Below are positions 21,071 to 31,571 of a stretch of DNA of 64,000 bases, piece by piece. Location of the stretch: NCBI GenBank assembly GCA_963729045.1, contig CAVSMN010000007.1, positions 96,001 through 160,000 of the forward strand, written 5' to 3'. The notes under the pieces are model-generated. The model was not told the origin of the DNA, made no database searches, and worked only from the letters and a program-made list of their open reading frames with translations. The number at the start of each line of letters is the position of its first letter. The first letter of the stretch is position 1. Origin of the DNA: an uncultured Nitrososphaeraceae archaeon (GTDB taxonomy: Archaea > Thermoproteota > Nitrososphaeria > Nitrososphaerales > Nitrososphaeraceae). A program made the translations under genes and the position numbers.

Positions 21071-22879
21071 TTGGATAAACATGGAAATTTGACTCATAGA
21101 GTTGCTGTTTTAGATCAGGAATTGTGCCAACCAAGAAAGTGTGGTCTAGAGTGCATAATCTATTGCCCTGTAAACAAGACTGGTGGAGAATGTATTATTC
21201 AAAGGCCTGATGATGGGAAGGCTGTTATTTCTGAGGATTTATGTACGGGATGTACTATTTGTATTAAAAAGTGTCCTTTTGATGCTATTGTAATAGTTAA
21301 TCTGGCCCAGGAAATTGGTGTAGATAAAATACATCAATATGGAATCAATAGCTTTAGATTATATAAAATTCCTATACCAAAAGAAGGTACTGTAACAGGT
21401 ATTGTGGGTAGAAACGGTATGGGAAAGTCTACAATAATAAATCTGCTTTCAGGAAATATAAAACCCAATTTTGGTTACTATGATAAGGAATTAAGTTGGG
21501 ATGAAATTTTAACAAAGTTATCTAACATTGAGCTTCGGAAACACTTTGAAAAAATTCATTCCAAATCATTGCGTACTTCAATAAAACCTCAGCTTGTATA
21601 TCTAATCCCAAAGGTTTTCAAAGGTACAGTATCTGAATTACTGAAAAAATACGATGAACGGGGGGTTTCGGATATCTTGATAGAAGAGTTAGGTCTAAAA
21701 TATTCACTAGATAGAGACCTTTCAACGCTGAGTGGAGGAGAATTACAAAGGGTAGCAGTTGCTGTTGCTGCTGCTAAGGATGCAGAATATTACTTTTTCG
21801 ATGAACCTTCTTCTTTTAATGATATTTATCAACGATTGGCTGTGGGACGGGTTATAAATAATTTAGCTAAAGAGGGTAAAAGCGTAATGATTGTAGAACA
21901 TGATATGTCTTTACTTGATTACTTATCAGATAACATCTACCTAACTTATGGAGAACCCGGTGCCTATGGTATAGTATCGTCCCTTCAAAGCACTAAAGTT
22001 GGTATAAATAATTTCTTAGAAGGGTATATTCCTACTGAAAATGTTAGGTTCAGAGATAAAGCGTATAAATTTGATATATCGAGTATTACCGAGACTGTTC
22101 TCTCATCTTCTCCTATAGTGGAATATACTGCCCTTACCAAAAAACTTGGTCAATTTTCTCTTACTGTTGATAGGGGAGAAATTTATGAAGGGGAGGTTGT
22201 TGGAATTGTTGGGGCAAATGCTTTGGGTAAGACCACCTTCATGCGAATGCTGGCTGGCATGGAAAAAATCGATCAAGGTGGCTTAGACACTACCGTAAGG
22301 ATATCCTACAAGCCTCAGTATCTCAACCAAGATATTGATGGTGATGTGCGCTCTTTAATCTATTCTGCAAACACTGGACCATTCGAAGGCACCACAGTAG
22401 AAGAACACGTCCTTTCTCCATTAGGAATCAAAAAGTTGTATGACAAATCCGTAAAGGGCCTTAGCGGGGGTGAATTGCAAAAAGTGGCAATATCATTATC
22501 ATTAATTAGGCAGGCTGATGTGTACGCACTAGATGAACCCTCTGCATTTCTCGATATAGAAGATAGAATAACATTTGCGAAATTCATACAGAGATTTACT
22601 AAATCAAATGGCAAGTCTGCATTAATTATAGACCATGATATTCAATTGATAGATCTGGTTTCGGATCGATTAGTTATGTTCGAAGGTAACCCTGGTATAA
22701 AGGGGACTGGTACATCTCCCACTACCAAAGAAATTGGTATGAACAACTTTCTTGAATCCCTCTCAATTTCATTTAGAAGAGATGAGACAACTGGTAGACC
22801 TAGAGTTAACAAAGATAGCAGCAGGTTGGACAGACAGCAAAAAACAGCTGGCAATTACTATTACTTGAAGAACAAATAG
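21071..22879 (+). CDS. Ribosome recycling ATPase ABCE1 (RLI)
   Basis: N-terminal 2x[4Fe-4S] Cys motifs, two Walker A motifs, LSGGELQ twice, GRPRVNK. Confidence 0.96.
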   Translation: MDKHGNLTHRVAVLDQELCQPRKCGLECIIYCPVNKTGGECIIQRPDDGKAVISEDLCTGCTICIKKCPFDAIVIVNLAQEIGVDKIHQYGINSFRLYKIPIPKEGTVTGIVGRNGMGKSTIINLLSGNIKPNFGYYDKELSWDEILTKLSNIELRKHFEKIHSKSLRTSIKPQLVYLIPKVFKGTVSELLKKYDERGVSDILIEELGLKYSLDRDLSTLSGGELQRVAVAVAAAKDAEYYFFDEPSSFNDIYQRLAVGRVINNLAKEGKSVMIVEHDMSLLDYLSDNIYLTYGEPGAYGIVSSLQSTKVGINNFLEGYIPTENVRFRDKAYKFDISSITETVLSSSPIVEYTALTKKLGQFSLTVDRGEIYEGEVVGIVGANALGKTTFMRMLAGMEKIDQGGLDTTVRISYKPQYLNQDIDGDVRSLIYSANTGPFEGTTVEEHVLSPLGIKKLYDKSVKGLSGGELQKVAISLSLIRQADVYALDEPSAFLDIEDRITFAKFIQRFTKSNGKSALIIDHDIQLIDLVSDRLVMFEGNPGIKGTGTSPTTKEIGMNNFLESLSISFRRDETTGRPRVNKDSSRLDRQQKTAGNYYYLKNK

Positions 22880-22900
22880 GTTTACCAGTTGCATCATTAA

Positions 22901-23746
22901 ATGAGTAAATTTTTAAAAAAACTTCTCAAAGGCGTATTAGCGGATGAGGATCTCGAAAAAGTTTATTCTTCATTTGATATGATAGGTGATATAGCTATCA
23001 TTAAGATACCTGATTCTCTGTTAGCAAAAAAAAATATCATTGGAGAGGTTATACTAGAAAGTATAAAAAATCTAAAAACTGTTTGCTTACAAAGTTCATC
23101 GGTTTCCGGAGAATACAGGTTACGTGGGCTAGAAGTCATTGCTGGATATGAGAAATACGTTACCTACTATCGGGAGTATGGTTGCAAGTTTTTAGTTAAC
23201 GTGGCCACCTCTTATTTCTCACCTAGATTGTCTACCGAACGACTCCGAATTTCAAATCTGGTTTCTCCCGGAGAAATAGTAGTAAATATGTTTGCAGGGG
23301 TAGGAACATTTTCAGTTATAATGGCAAAAAATCATCAAATAAAGGTATACAACATTGATTCTAACTTGGATGCATACATCTTGAGTATTATGAATTCAAA
23401 AATAAACAAATTAAAGGATCGCGTCTTTTCAATACACGGAGATTCCCAGGAAGTACTTCGTTCAAACAGCTTTAAAGAGCGTATCGATAGAGTTCTACTC
23501 CCATTACCCGAAAGAGCTCATGAGTTTGTAGATATTTCCATAAATTGCTTAAAAACCTCTGGAGGGCATTTACATTTCTTCTCACATATAAAAAGTGATA
23601 CCAAAGCTGGGGTTGTCCCAATTTCTGAGGCTCATATTCGCAACTTATTCTCAAAGTACAACTTTGAAATAGAACATACCCAAATAGTCCGAGATGTAGC
23701 TCCACGAATTTATCAAACAGTTACGGATCTCTTTATTTCCAAATAA
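22901..23746 (+). CDS. Trm5/Tyw2-family SAM-dependent tRNA modification enzyme
   Basis: FDMIGDIAI, YFSPRLSTER, NMFAGVG. Confidence 0.85.
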   Translation: MSKFLKKLLKGVLADEDLEKVYSSFDMIGDIAIIKIPDSLLAKKNIIGEVILESIKNLKTVCLQSSSVSGEYRLRGLEVIAGYEKYVTYYREYGCKFLVNVATSYFSPRLSTERLRISNLVSPGEIVVNMFAGVGTFSVIMAKNHQIKVYNIDSNLDAYILSIMNSKINKLKDRVFSIHGDSQEVLRSNSFKERIDRVLLPLPERAHEFVDISINCLKTSGGHLHFFSHIKSDTKAGVVPISEAHIRNLFSKYNFEIEHTQIVRDVAPRIYQTVTDLFISK

Positions 23747-23770
23747 TCCGATCTATTTAGTAAGGGAATC

Positions 23771-23980
23771 TCACTTTGCATTCGTATTTTTTTCATTGAC
23801 TGTAAGTGTAACTCCAATCCACCCGACTATAAAGAATACTACGCCCACGATTACAGCCACAGTAAACTTTAGCAACAGAATACCCAAATCTGTTGCAAAA
23901 AGAGTATAAGTATAAGCAGTAAAAAAGGAGATTGCTATCAAAATTAATACGATTCCCTTGATTTTTTCGATTCCATTCAT
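23771..23980 (-). CDS. Small two-TM membrane protein
   Basis: 69-aa hydrophobic ORF ending GWIGVTL. Confidence 0.7.
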   Translation of the reverse strand: MNGIEKIKGIVLILIAISFFTAYTYTLFATDLGILLLKFTVAVIVGVVFFIVGWIGVTLTVNEKNTNAK

Positions 23981-24043
23981 AGTTTTTTCATTCTAAAACT
24001 CTTGTATTTAAACTATCGAATTACCGTAATAAAGTATATTGTG

Positions 24044-25168
24044 CTATTTGTTTGTAAATACCAAACTAGGCCTTTCAATTGTTTTGATGTAATTCTCCTC
24101 TAACTTGTGTAAGAATTGTTCTTTAGTTAAATTGTCATTATTAAGGAAGGCAGCAATAGAACAACCACCTGCACCCGCACCTTCCTTTACAAATCCTTCA
24201 GAGTAAGATCTCAATCCTTTTTTGGTTGAATTTTCTAGAAGGAGATCAATGTAGAAAATAGGTACCTCATCTGAAATGTTATTCATCAATCCAACAATGT
24301 CTGATTTTTTATCATTAATTATGTAAGAAGTTGTTCCTATACAGATGTTATCTCTTAACTTTACATTCAATGACTTTAATAAAGCTAGGATACAACACAT
24401 TTGAGTTCCTCCGGCCAAGATAATTTTCTTCTTACTGGAAATGATTTCTTCAGTTAACCCAACAACTGTGGGCATTAGGGGGTCCCCCAAGTTTGCTATT
24501 GCCCTAAAGGGGTCGTTTGAACAATCTCCAGTTCTCATTTTTGATCTCGAGAGAGCTTTCTCTACTATCTTGTTTTTCAATTCATTAGGGTTGTCTGGCA
24601 TACTACTACTGACCTTGTTATATCCATCAACCCCAAGAGCCTGCATGACACCCAACGCAGTTGTTGTACCTCCTGGAATACTTTCTCCTATAATTACAGT
24701 TTCATTTATTTTGGCCAATTCTTTCCCAAGCAATTTGCCCATATCATAGTTTTTTATTACATTGCCTATTTCTAAACCCGGTTCTTGAAGTATGTTCTTG
24801 CCAAATTCGGAATCAATATTAACATAAGGTAAGTTGGGTTTGATTTTGGACCCAGAGTCGACTACTGATATCGGGATATTTGATAAATCCAGTGCAGTTT
24901 TTGAAATTATTGCAGGAGTTGGCTTTCCATCTGGCGTTGCAGGAATTGTATCAATGCATTTACACCTACCATAATAAATATACTCTGCATCGGCGGCGGG
25001 GGTATATTTCAATAGTTCTGTGTTTGCTCCGGCAACTGTAAGACCGGGAATAGTAGATGTTTCCGTATAGGATATTGCCAAAATAAAAGAAGTTCTGTTT
25101 GATTTAAAAGACAATAAATCATTATTGCCTCTTTTAGAAGGCAGACTCTGGATAACGTCAGTAATCAA
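24044..25168 (-). CDS. cobT: Archaeal nicotinate-nucleotide:lower-base phosphoribosyltransferase CobT; the track ORF's N-terminal extension to 25282 comes from a low-complexity insert
   Basis: TET..IPGLTVAGA, TPAADAE, GESIPGGTTTA, SSS, AGGTQM, G.VKEG.GAGG. Confidence 0.88.
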   Translation of the reverse strand: MITDVIQSLPSKRGNNDLLSFKSNRTSFILAISYTETSTIPGLTVAGANTELLKYTPAADAEYIYYGRCKCIDTIPATPDGKPTPAIISKTALDLSNIPISVVDSGSKIKPNLPYVNIDSEFGKNILQEPGLEIGNVIKNYDMGKLLGKELAKINETVIIGESIPGGTTTALGVMQALGVDGYNKVSSSMPDNPNELKNKIVEKALSRSKMRTGDCSNDPFRAIANLGDPLMPTVVGLTEEIISSKKKIILAGGTQMCCILALLKSLNVKLRDNICIGTTSYIINDKKSDIVGLMNNISDEVPIFYIDLLLENSTKKGLRSYSEGFVKEGAGAGGCSIAAFLNNDNLTKEQFLHKLEENYIKTIERPSLVFTNK

Positions 25169-25200
25169 CAAAATTCTGTCAAATTCTATTAATAATAACC

Positions 25201-25436
25201 TTTGCTGGTTGGAAGGAAAGGAAAGAGAAAAGGAAAAGAAGAAGAAAAAGGGTTGTTGTTTGTGAATAAAGCCTTTCCCCATCCAATCATTGTATCATTT
25301 CTATTCCATTAAGAAGGTTGGGTCGGAGACGGACACCACAACAACAACAACAGCAACAGCAGCAAGCAGCTGCAGCAGCGGGAAGGCGGGAAGGGGAAGG
25401 TGAGCTGATAAGGGTGGTGGTGGTGGGTTAGTGTCC
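25201..25436. repeat. Low-complexity block: polypurine tract, CAA/CAG runs, G-rich tract
   Basis: 42-nt pure purine run 25211-25252; (CAA)n(CAG)n 25336-25379; GGG/GG runs 25380-25427. Confidence 0.85.
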
Positions 25437-26051
25437 TTATGAGCTCATGAATTTAAGGAAATCATCCTCATTCTTGAACTTGAAAACAAAATTGGATTCA
25501 AATTCTTTTTTTAATGTTGATGTTTTACTTGAACCATAATGATGACCAGGCAGGATTGTCAAATTTCCATCCAGGTTTACTAGTATACCGTATATCGAGT
25601 TAAACATTTCATGTGGATTACCCCCGGGCAGGTCTAGTCTTCCACAACTACCTACGAAAACGGTATCTCCGGTAAGCATTACTTTGTCATCAATTATTAG
25701 GCAAATACTATCCTTAGAGTGGCCCGGAGTATGGATTATTTTGATCTTTGAATCACCAAATTCAATAATCTGGCCATCATCTACCTCAATGTCCTTCTCT
25801 AATGGTGATAACTTATGTTGTATCACCTTTGCCCCAGTAGTATTTTTTACTTGTTCATTACCAAATATGTGATCAAAATGTGAATGTGTGTTTAGGATAT
25901 ATCTATTACCAAGCGAATTTCTTTTCAGGTATTCAAAGATAACTTCCAAGTTCCAAGAAGGATCCACAATAATTGTATCGTTATTTTTTTCATCTACAAT
26001 AATGTATGTGAAGTTTGCCATTTCTCCTACCAGAAATTGTTCTACCTTCAA
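25437..26051 (-). CDS. MBL-fold metallohydrolase (glyoxalase II-like)
   Basis: THSHFDH, HTPGHS, TGDT.F..CGR.D.PGG, PGH. Confidence 0.9.
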   Translation of the reverse strand: MKVEQFLVGEMANFTYIIVDEKNNDTIIVDPSWNLEVIFEYLKRNSLGNRYILNTHSHFDHIFGNEQVKNTTGAKVIQHKLSPLEKDIEVDDGQIIEFGDSKIKIIHTPGHSKDSICLIIDDKVMLTGDTVFVGSCGRLDLPGGNPHEMFNSIYGILVNLDGNLTILPGHHYGSSKTSTLKKEFESNFVFKFKNEDDFLKFMSS

Positions 26052-26057
26052 GCCCTA

Positions 26058-26801
26058 TCACACAACCCCTTTTTCTGCTTCAAATGGTATGCCGATCTTT
26101 TTAACTATTAGCCTCCCAACGATCTCCGGATTCTTGAGTAACCCATGTTTTGGTCGATGAAATGTTATTGTTGCGTCTGCTCTAATCGCTTTATCAATAA
26201 TTTTTCCACTGTCCGGATCTAATCCTGAAGGGATATCAACTGCGAGTATAAAAGTAGTTCCTTTTTTATCATTTATTGTTTCAATCACTTTTGAATGAGG
26301 TTCTTTTATTTCTCTTTTGATTCCTGTTCCAAATATCCCGTCCAAAATAATATTTGACTTTTTAATCTCGTCCTCAATTTCAGTAACATTGTTTGATTCT
26401 AATGTAAATTTTCTTATCGATTCCATTTTACTTATGATCTGCCAATTTAAAATGGATTCTGGGGTTTTTAGGTCCTCAGGGGAACATAAGAGGATCACCG
26501 ATAAGTTGATTCTATTATTAGATTTATTTCGTGCAAGAATGTATCCTGATAGGTGACGTATTGCAACCAATGCATCACCACCGTTATTTCCCTTTCCACA
26601 AACGGCTACTATAGAATTATCTAGTATGTTTTCTTTGAATTCATCTATCAAGAAATCTGCAATTCTAGAACCAGCATTCTCCATCATCAAAGTTTTCTTC
26701 ATAGAATAATTGGATTCTCCGTTGTTTTCTATCTCGTACATCTGACCCGAAGATATCGGCTCATACCCTTTTTCTATGGCATAATTGCTTTTCATATTCA
26801 T
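26058..26801 (-). CDS. nnrE: NAD(P)H-hydrate epimerase
   Basis: LMMENAG, CGKGNNGGD, DGIFGTG, AVDIPSG. Confidence 0.92.
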   Translation of the reverse strand: MNMKSNYAIEKGYEPISSGQMYEIENNGESNYSMKKTLMMENAGSRIADFLIDEFKENILDNSIVAVCGKGNNGGDALVAIRHLSGYILARNKSNNRINLSVILLCSPEDLKTPESILNWQIISKMESIRKFTLESNNVTEIEDEIKKSNIILDGIFGTGIKREIKEPHSKVIETINDKKGTTFILAVDIPSGLDPDSGKIIDKAIRADATITFHRPKHGLLKNPEIVGRLIVKKIGIPFEAEKGVV

Positions 26802-26863
26802 GAATTTACTTACCTTGAAGACTTTATTAATAAATTTTTTCCTAAAAAATGGCCTAAAATCTT

Positions 26864-27154
26864 TTACTGATATGAATGTAATCTCTTTTCTTCATGAGCT
26901 TTTACTTTCTGATCAAGGGGGTCTTTATGATCTTTTGCTATGTGAATTTTATAACAATCATCATGAAGGATCCCTAATTCACAGAATTCACAAGATGTTA
27001 CAAATTCTAATTCCTTGAAATCATCCTTGCAAAAACTGCATTTCTCATTGGGTAATGACTCAGTTAATAACGGTTTTAGCCATCCCTCTCTCCATAAGAC
27101 GTTGACCAATAAATAAATGGTAATCTGATCCCATAAATATCTGTTATACATCAA
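26864..27154 (-). CDS. Small Cys/His-rich hypothetical protein (true start may be ATG at 27083 with a +1 error)
   Basis: CSFC...CEFC...H..C...H...H pattern. Confidence 0.65.
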   Translation of the reverse strand: MMYNRYLWDQITIYLLVNVLWREGWLKPLLTESLPNEKCSFCKDDFKELEFVTSCEFCELGILHDDCYKIHIAKDHKDPLDQKVKAHEEKRLHSYQ

Positions 27155-27632
27155 AAGGCATAAGATAATTTTTTAGTTTAACTTTTTTGATTTTAGAATC
27201 ATAAATTGCAAATGTGTCTCCGTTATAATTGCATTTAATCATAGGAAATATTTTTGGCTTTTTTTTAAACCTTATGATTTTATAATACTCTTTTGTTTTT
27301 CTTGGTAGGTATTTTATCTCCCCCTTAACTATTAGTCTTTGTTTTCTCATAAATTTAAATGCCAAAATTATATATCTGTCTTGGTAAGCCTCAAACATTT
27401 GTGTAATGAGATAACATCTGACAATTTGATCTTGGGGAACATAAATGCTATTACTGGTAGCCGTTTTTGCCTCTATTGATAATAATATAGAATCTGCGTT
27501 ATTTACCGCTACAATGTCGGGTAAGCCTGTACTCGATCCTCCCAATCTTCGCGCAATCCATTCTCCAGAATTAAGTTGCTTAACCAAACGATACTCAAAA
27601 TTATACCCTCTGCTCCTGCGAATATTGGTCAT
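27144..27632 (-). CDS. Hjc-like PD-(D/E)xK resolvase/nuclease
   Basis: RGYNFE, GGSSTGLPDIVA, IEAK. Confidence 0.8.
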   Translation of the reverse strand: MTNIRRSRGYNFEYRLVKQLNSGEWIARRLGGSSTGLPDIVAVNNADSILLSIEAKTATSNSIYVPQDQIVRCYLITQMFEAYQDRYIILAFKFMRKQRLIVKGEIKYLPRKTKEYYKIIRFKKKPKIFPMIKCNYNGDTFAIYDSKIKKVKLKNYLMPFDV

Positions 27633-27717
27633 CCATTTCAACGTTTGATTTAGATGCCATAAATTTTTTTTTATGCATTCGTAGCAACTATTTATAACCA
27701 GCCAAGAAACTCTAATT

Positions 27718-28353
27718 ATGACTTTTGATATTGATTCTACCAAATTACAGGATTCGTTGAATGAATTTTCGTCTTATCTAAAACAAGTGGAATCAAGCAG
27801 GGAGAAATTAATAAAGGAAAATAGGGAAATAATTGCCTTGAGTAGCAAGGCAATTATATTATTACATAGCGGAAAGACTGTTGAAGCAACTGAACTAATT
27901 AATAATGCGTTTTCTTTGCTTTCAGAACTCAAAAAATATGTTATTTCTGATTTGGAACGTTATTTGTGGCCTGCGGAACAAGAATACGTTGAAGCTGCTA
28001 TTTTAAAAGAGATTGTTGAAAGGAAAGATCATTTTAGCGGACATATCGAACTGCAGGTTTCATTAAACGCATATGTTACAGGGTTGTTAGATTGCATTGG
28101 TGAAATCAAGCGAATGATCTATGATAATCTTAGGAAGGACGATTTTGAGTCATCCTTGTCCTTGTTTACCATTATGCAATCCTTATATGATTTAATATAC
28201 CCGTTTGCATTCTACGACAATATTGTCTCTGGGGTCAGAAAGAAACTAGATGTTGGCAAACGGATAATTGATGACGTTCGTATCTCTATTACGGAGGAAT
28301 ACCGGCGAAAGAGCTTTCTAGATCGGATCGACCGTGTGTCTCTCGTTAAATAA
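27718..28353 (+). CDS. Translin/TRAX family protein
   Basis: RE..I...REI, QEYVEA, Y..GLLD.IGE.KR, RKKLD. Confidence 0.85.
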   Translation: MTFDIDSTKLQDSLNEFSSYLKQVESSREKLIKENREIIALSSKAIILLHSGKTVEATELINNAFSLLSELKKYVISDLERYLWPAEQEYVEAAILKEIVERKDHFSGHIELQVSLNAYVTGLLDCIGEIKRMIYDNLRKDDFESSLSLFTIMQSLYDLIYPFAFYDNIVSGVRKKLDVGKRIIDDVRISITEEYRRKSFLDRIDRVSLVK

Positions 28354-28424
28354 TTGGTTATTATGGATACCTAGAGCATTGGAATCCACCTTCTGGTCCT
28401 AACTTAAAATATAGAGTATAGGGT

Positions 28425-29885
28425 TTAAGCGAATTTGGCAAAAGCTTCAGATAAATATCTGTTTAGCTTTTTGGACCAATCGGGGAATCCTTGTGATGAA
28501 TCGGGATAATTTCTATAATGTTTCACTAACTCTTCATTCATCTGAGAAGTGAATTTCAAGTCTTCTGCAAGTTTCTTGTTAAGTGCTCCTCTTATCATCA
28601 TACTAAGTTTACTAACGGTGCTAAATTCTGGATGCTCCCCATTAGTTATCTTATCAACGTCCATTTTTGACAGAAAGTGCTTCATGCCATAGTTAATCTG
28701 TTCGTTAGTAAGTTGTTGGAGCATTCTTCTGAATACTTCTAAACCAGCAGTCTTGTAGCCATATTCGTTAATGAAATTCTTATTGTATTTCCAAAGTCCA
28801 TTCTCTGAAACGTCTCCTGATTCTATTGCTTCAACCAGATCTTTTCCAGCTATTGTGGCTGCAATTATAGCAGGACCTATGCCACCAGCATCCAGCGGCT
28901 TTGGCATCCATGCCGAGTCTCCAACCATCATGTAGCCATTGGCAACCATACAATCGTTCTGCCTCCTTACGGAAACCTGCCATGTGCCCCATTCATTGCC
29001 TAGGTCTTCCTCCCCTATTGCTAGTCTTGGATTTGATATAACTGGATTAACTCCAACATAATCATCTATTAACTTCTTCAAATCCCTCTTTGTTCCAATT
29101 TCCTTGTTTGCTTTATCAAACAGCTTTTGTTGAACACCCAAACCAATATTCACTTTATTTTCTCCTTTTGGAAACACCCATCCATAACCACCTGGAGCCA
29201 ATTTTTGATCTAAGTGAATAATACAATATTCAGGGTCAAAAAACGTCTTGTCTTCATTACCTTTATTATCAAAATCGTAAATATATCTACCAGTAGATTC
29301 TAGATCATTTCTATCAATCCTTCTTTGTATGTGAGAATTAATTGGTAGATTTGTTCGTAGTACTGAAGTAACACCAGTGCAATCAACTATTACTTTTGCT
29401 GTTTTCTTAAATATTTCCTTAGTTTTTGTATTTTCCCCTTCAACACCTACAATAAAATTATTCTCAACTGTTAGTTGTCTAATCATGATATTACTAGCTA
29501 TTTCAACACCCATTTTGGTCGCCTCCATAACTTGCTTTTGAGGTAATTGTTTTCTATTTAAAATATATCCCTCTCCATCAAATGACACTCGAGTTTCATG
29601 ATCCGGTGAAAAAGCAACTACTCCCTTTACTGGATGTTCAATTTCTGGGTAACCCCATGATATTTTGATTCTATCGGTCATGTAATCAACAGTATTTTTG
29701 CCAACTGCATCGCCACAAATCCAACCCGAAAGGGTCTTCCTTCCTTGAATGTCGATAGAGTTCCTATCTAGTACTAAAACCTTCATTCTTTGTTTAGAAT
29801 AATATGCTGCAGATGAGGCTACTATTAGTCCAGCTAACCCTCCACCTGCTACTATGATGTCATAATCTGTATTTGACAGGCTCAT
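28425..29885 (-). CDS. Geranylgeranyl reductase family flavoprotein
   Basis: YDIIVAGGGLAG, CGDAV, PGGYGWVFPK, VGDSA..P...GGI. Confidence 0.88.
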   Translation of the reverse strand: MSLSNTDYDIIVAGGGLAGLIVASSAAYYSKQRMKVLVLDRNSIDIQGRKTLSGWICGDAVGKNTVDYMTDRIKISWGYPEIEHPVKGVVAFSPDHETRVSFDGEGYILNRKQLPQKQVMEATKMGVEIASNIMIRQLTVENNFIVGVEGENTKTKEIFKKTAKVIVDCTGVTSVLRTNLPINSHIQRRIDRNDLESTGRYIYDFDNKGNEDKTFFDPEYCIIHLDQKLAPGGYGWVFPKGENKVNIGLGVQQKLFDKANKEIGTKRDLKKLIDDYVGVNPVISNPRLAIGEEDLGNEWGTWQVSVRRQNDCMVANGYMMVGDSAWMPKPLDAGGIGPAIIAATIAGKDLVEAIESGDVSENGLWKYNKNFINEYGYKTAGLEVFRRMLQQLTNEQINYGMKHFLSKMDVDKITNGEHPEFSTVSKLSMMIRGALNKKLAEDLKFTSQMNEELVKHYRNYPDSSQGFPDWSKKLNRYLSEAFAKFA

Positions 29886-30534
29886 CTTTTCCTGATATTA
29901 GGTACAGGAAAGGATAATTAAAGCTATGTTGTCTATATCTGCCAAAAAATGATCCTTTATTATGTAAAATGAAGTAAAAGGACAAATGAGGATTATAAGC
30001 GGCTATTGATGTTAAATAACATTCTTTTAAGACATGAATATATAGAATGTCTAACGTTTTCTACCAACTAACCTTAATACCATAGATGAATATAATAAAG
30101 CAATTGATTCTTTGTCATCCCTAGAAAGATAAATATTAGTGATAAAGAGGTTTGGCTGGTTTCTTATTTATTGGTGATGAGGTCAAGACATCTGTGACCG
30201 AATTTGACTTGCTGAAACACTTGGGTTTGATAAAGATTCTCCTAATGTATTTAAAATATCTCTGGTATTGTAATCAAGTACGATAGATAGATTTTATGAG
30301 ACAGATATCGATTGCTGGCCTGGGCTGAACTTAACATGGAAATGATACCATCTTCGAATCTTAAGAATAAGTCAAATTGTACCTTATTCCATAGATACTG
30401 ATTACTTGGACCCAGGTCAGATGATGATTCCTACAAGAAGAGATAAATAGTAATGAGTGGGTCTTTGATACGCTTTATCTGAAAAGACTTTGAACTTCTA
30501 AAAGCTCAAGTATTATGGCTAGATTATTAATATC

Positions 30535-30693
30535 GTGACGACAGAAATCGACCAATTTTTTCGTAATATCAAGTGTGATCACTGTAATAAAATAATTGAA
30601 AAGAAGGTAAAGTATTACTTTGACCAACCTAATGTTGTTTTATTATCAGTTGATGTGTGTAGTGATTGTAGCTACCGCATAAGTTTGAAATAA
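30535..30693 (+). CDS. 52-aa zinc-finger microprotein
   Basis: Hand translation: MTTEIDQFFRNIKCDHCNKIIEKKVKYYFDQPNVVLLSVDVCSDCSYRISLK* (CxxC...CxxC). Confidence 0.6.
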   Translation: MTTEIDQFFRNIKCDHCNKIIEKKVKYYFDQPNVVLLSVDVCSDCSYRISLK

Positions 30694-31116
30694 TTCTGGA
30701 TCAATGCATCTACACATATGGCAAACAAAATAGGATTTTCAATGCTTACATTCTCTAGTTTGTCTGGGATTTTAGAACATTCTGAACTTTTCGAATCTCC
30801 CGCTATTTCCATCCATTTCATTTATTCCTAGCCAAAAATGGTCTATAAATGGATTAGGTTCTAACTCTTTACTAATTACAGCTCACTTTACAATTAAATC
30901 CGCCTCAAAAATCATGTTAGATTTATTACCGCTCTCGATTGTGATAAATAATTACTCCGGATCACTTTTGAACAAGAAAATTAATTTCTAATTTCGCACA
31001 ATTATTTGATAACTAAACCTAAACCTTTCTAGATAAGTATAACTATTCTTGTGGTAGAACCCGAAGTTGACACAAAAATATAAAACAAATTAGTCCCTTA
31101 ATTATTGCATAGCGAA

Positions 31117-31275
31117 TTGGAGCGAGAAATTGACACCGTAAAACCCGACCTGAAAAGAACAAAAATAGAGTGCATTAGGTGTGGTTCGATAATGGGGGAA
31201 ATTACAGTCTGTCATCTAAAATGCCTAAACTGTGGAGCGGAATTGACTTGTTCTGATAAAGGAAATTTCTGGTAA
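31117..31275 (+). CDS. 52-aa CxxCG-type zinc-finger microprotein (HVO_2523-like)
   Basis: Hand translation: MEREIDTVKPDLKRTKIECIRCGSIMGEITVCHLKCLNCGAELTCSDKGNFW*. Confidence 0.75.
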   Translation: MEREIDTVKPDLKRTKIECIRCGSIMGEITVCHLKCLNCGAELTCSDKGNFW

Positions 31276-31571
31276 ACACCATTTAGCATAATGGGGATTC
31301 CTGATGATACAATGATAATGAAATCAACTTGACAATCTTTTTCAATTTATCCTTTATCCTAAAATATTTTTCTCTGAGGTTGCGATTAAACACTTATTTA
31401 ATGCCATTTTCATTCATGTAATCACGAATTGCATCTTGTAATTGTTTTTGCATACTTGTTACCCGCCAAGCTCTCATCAAGCATAACCTAATCACCTGTC
31501 TTGACCATGGATGCTGAAATCCGGAATATCTAAACCAGTTAGAATAAATTCTAGATTTTTTAATAATCAAT

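Noticed and set aside
25169..25282. N-terminal extension of cobT (MGKGFIHKQQPFFFFFSFSLS)
   Set aside because: Mostly a translation of the low-complexity insert; not part of the CobT family pattern.
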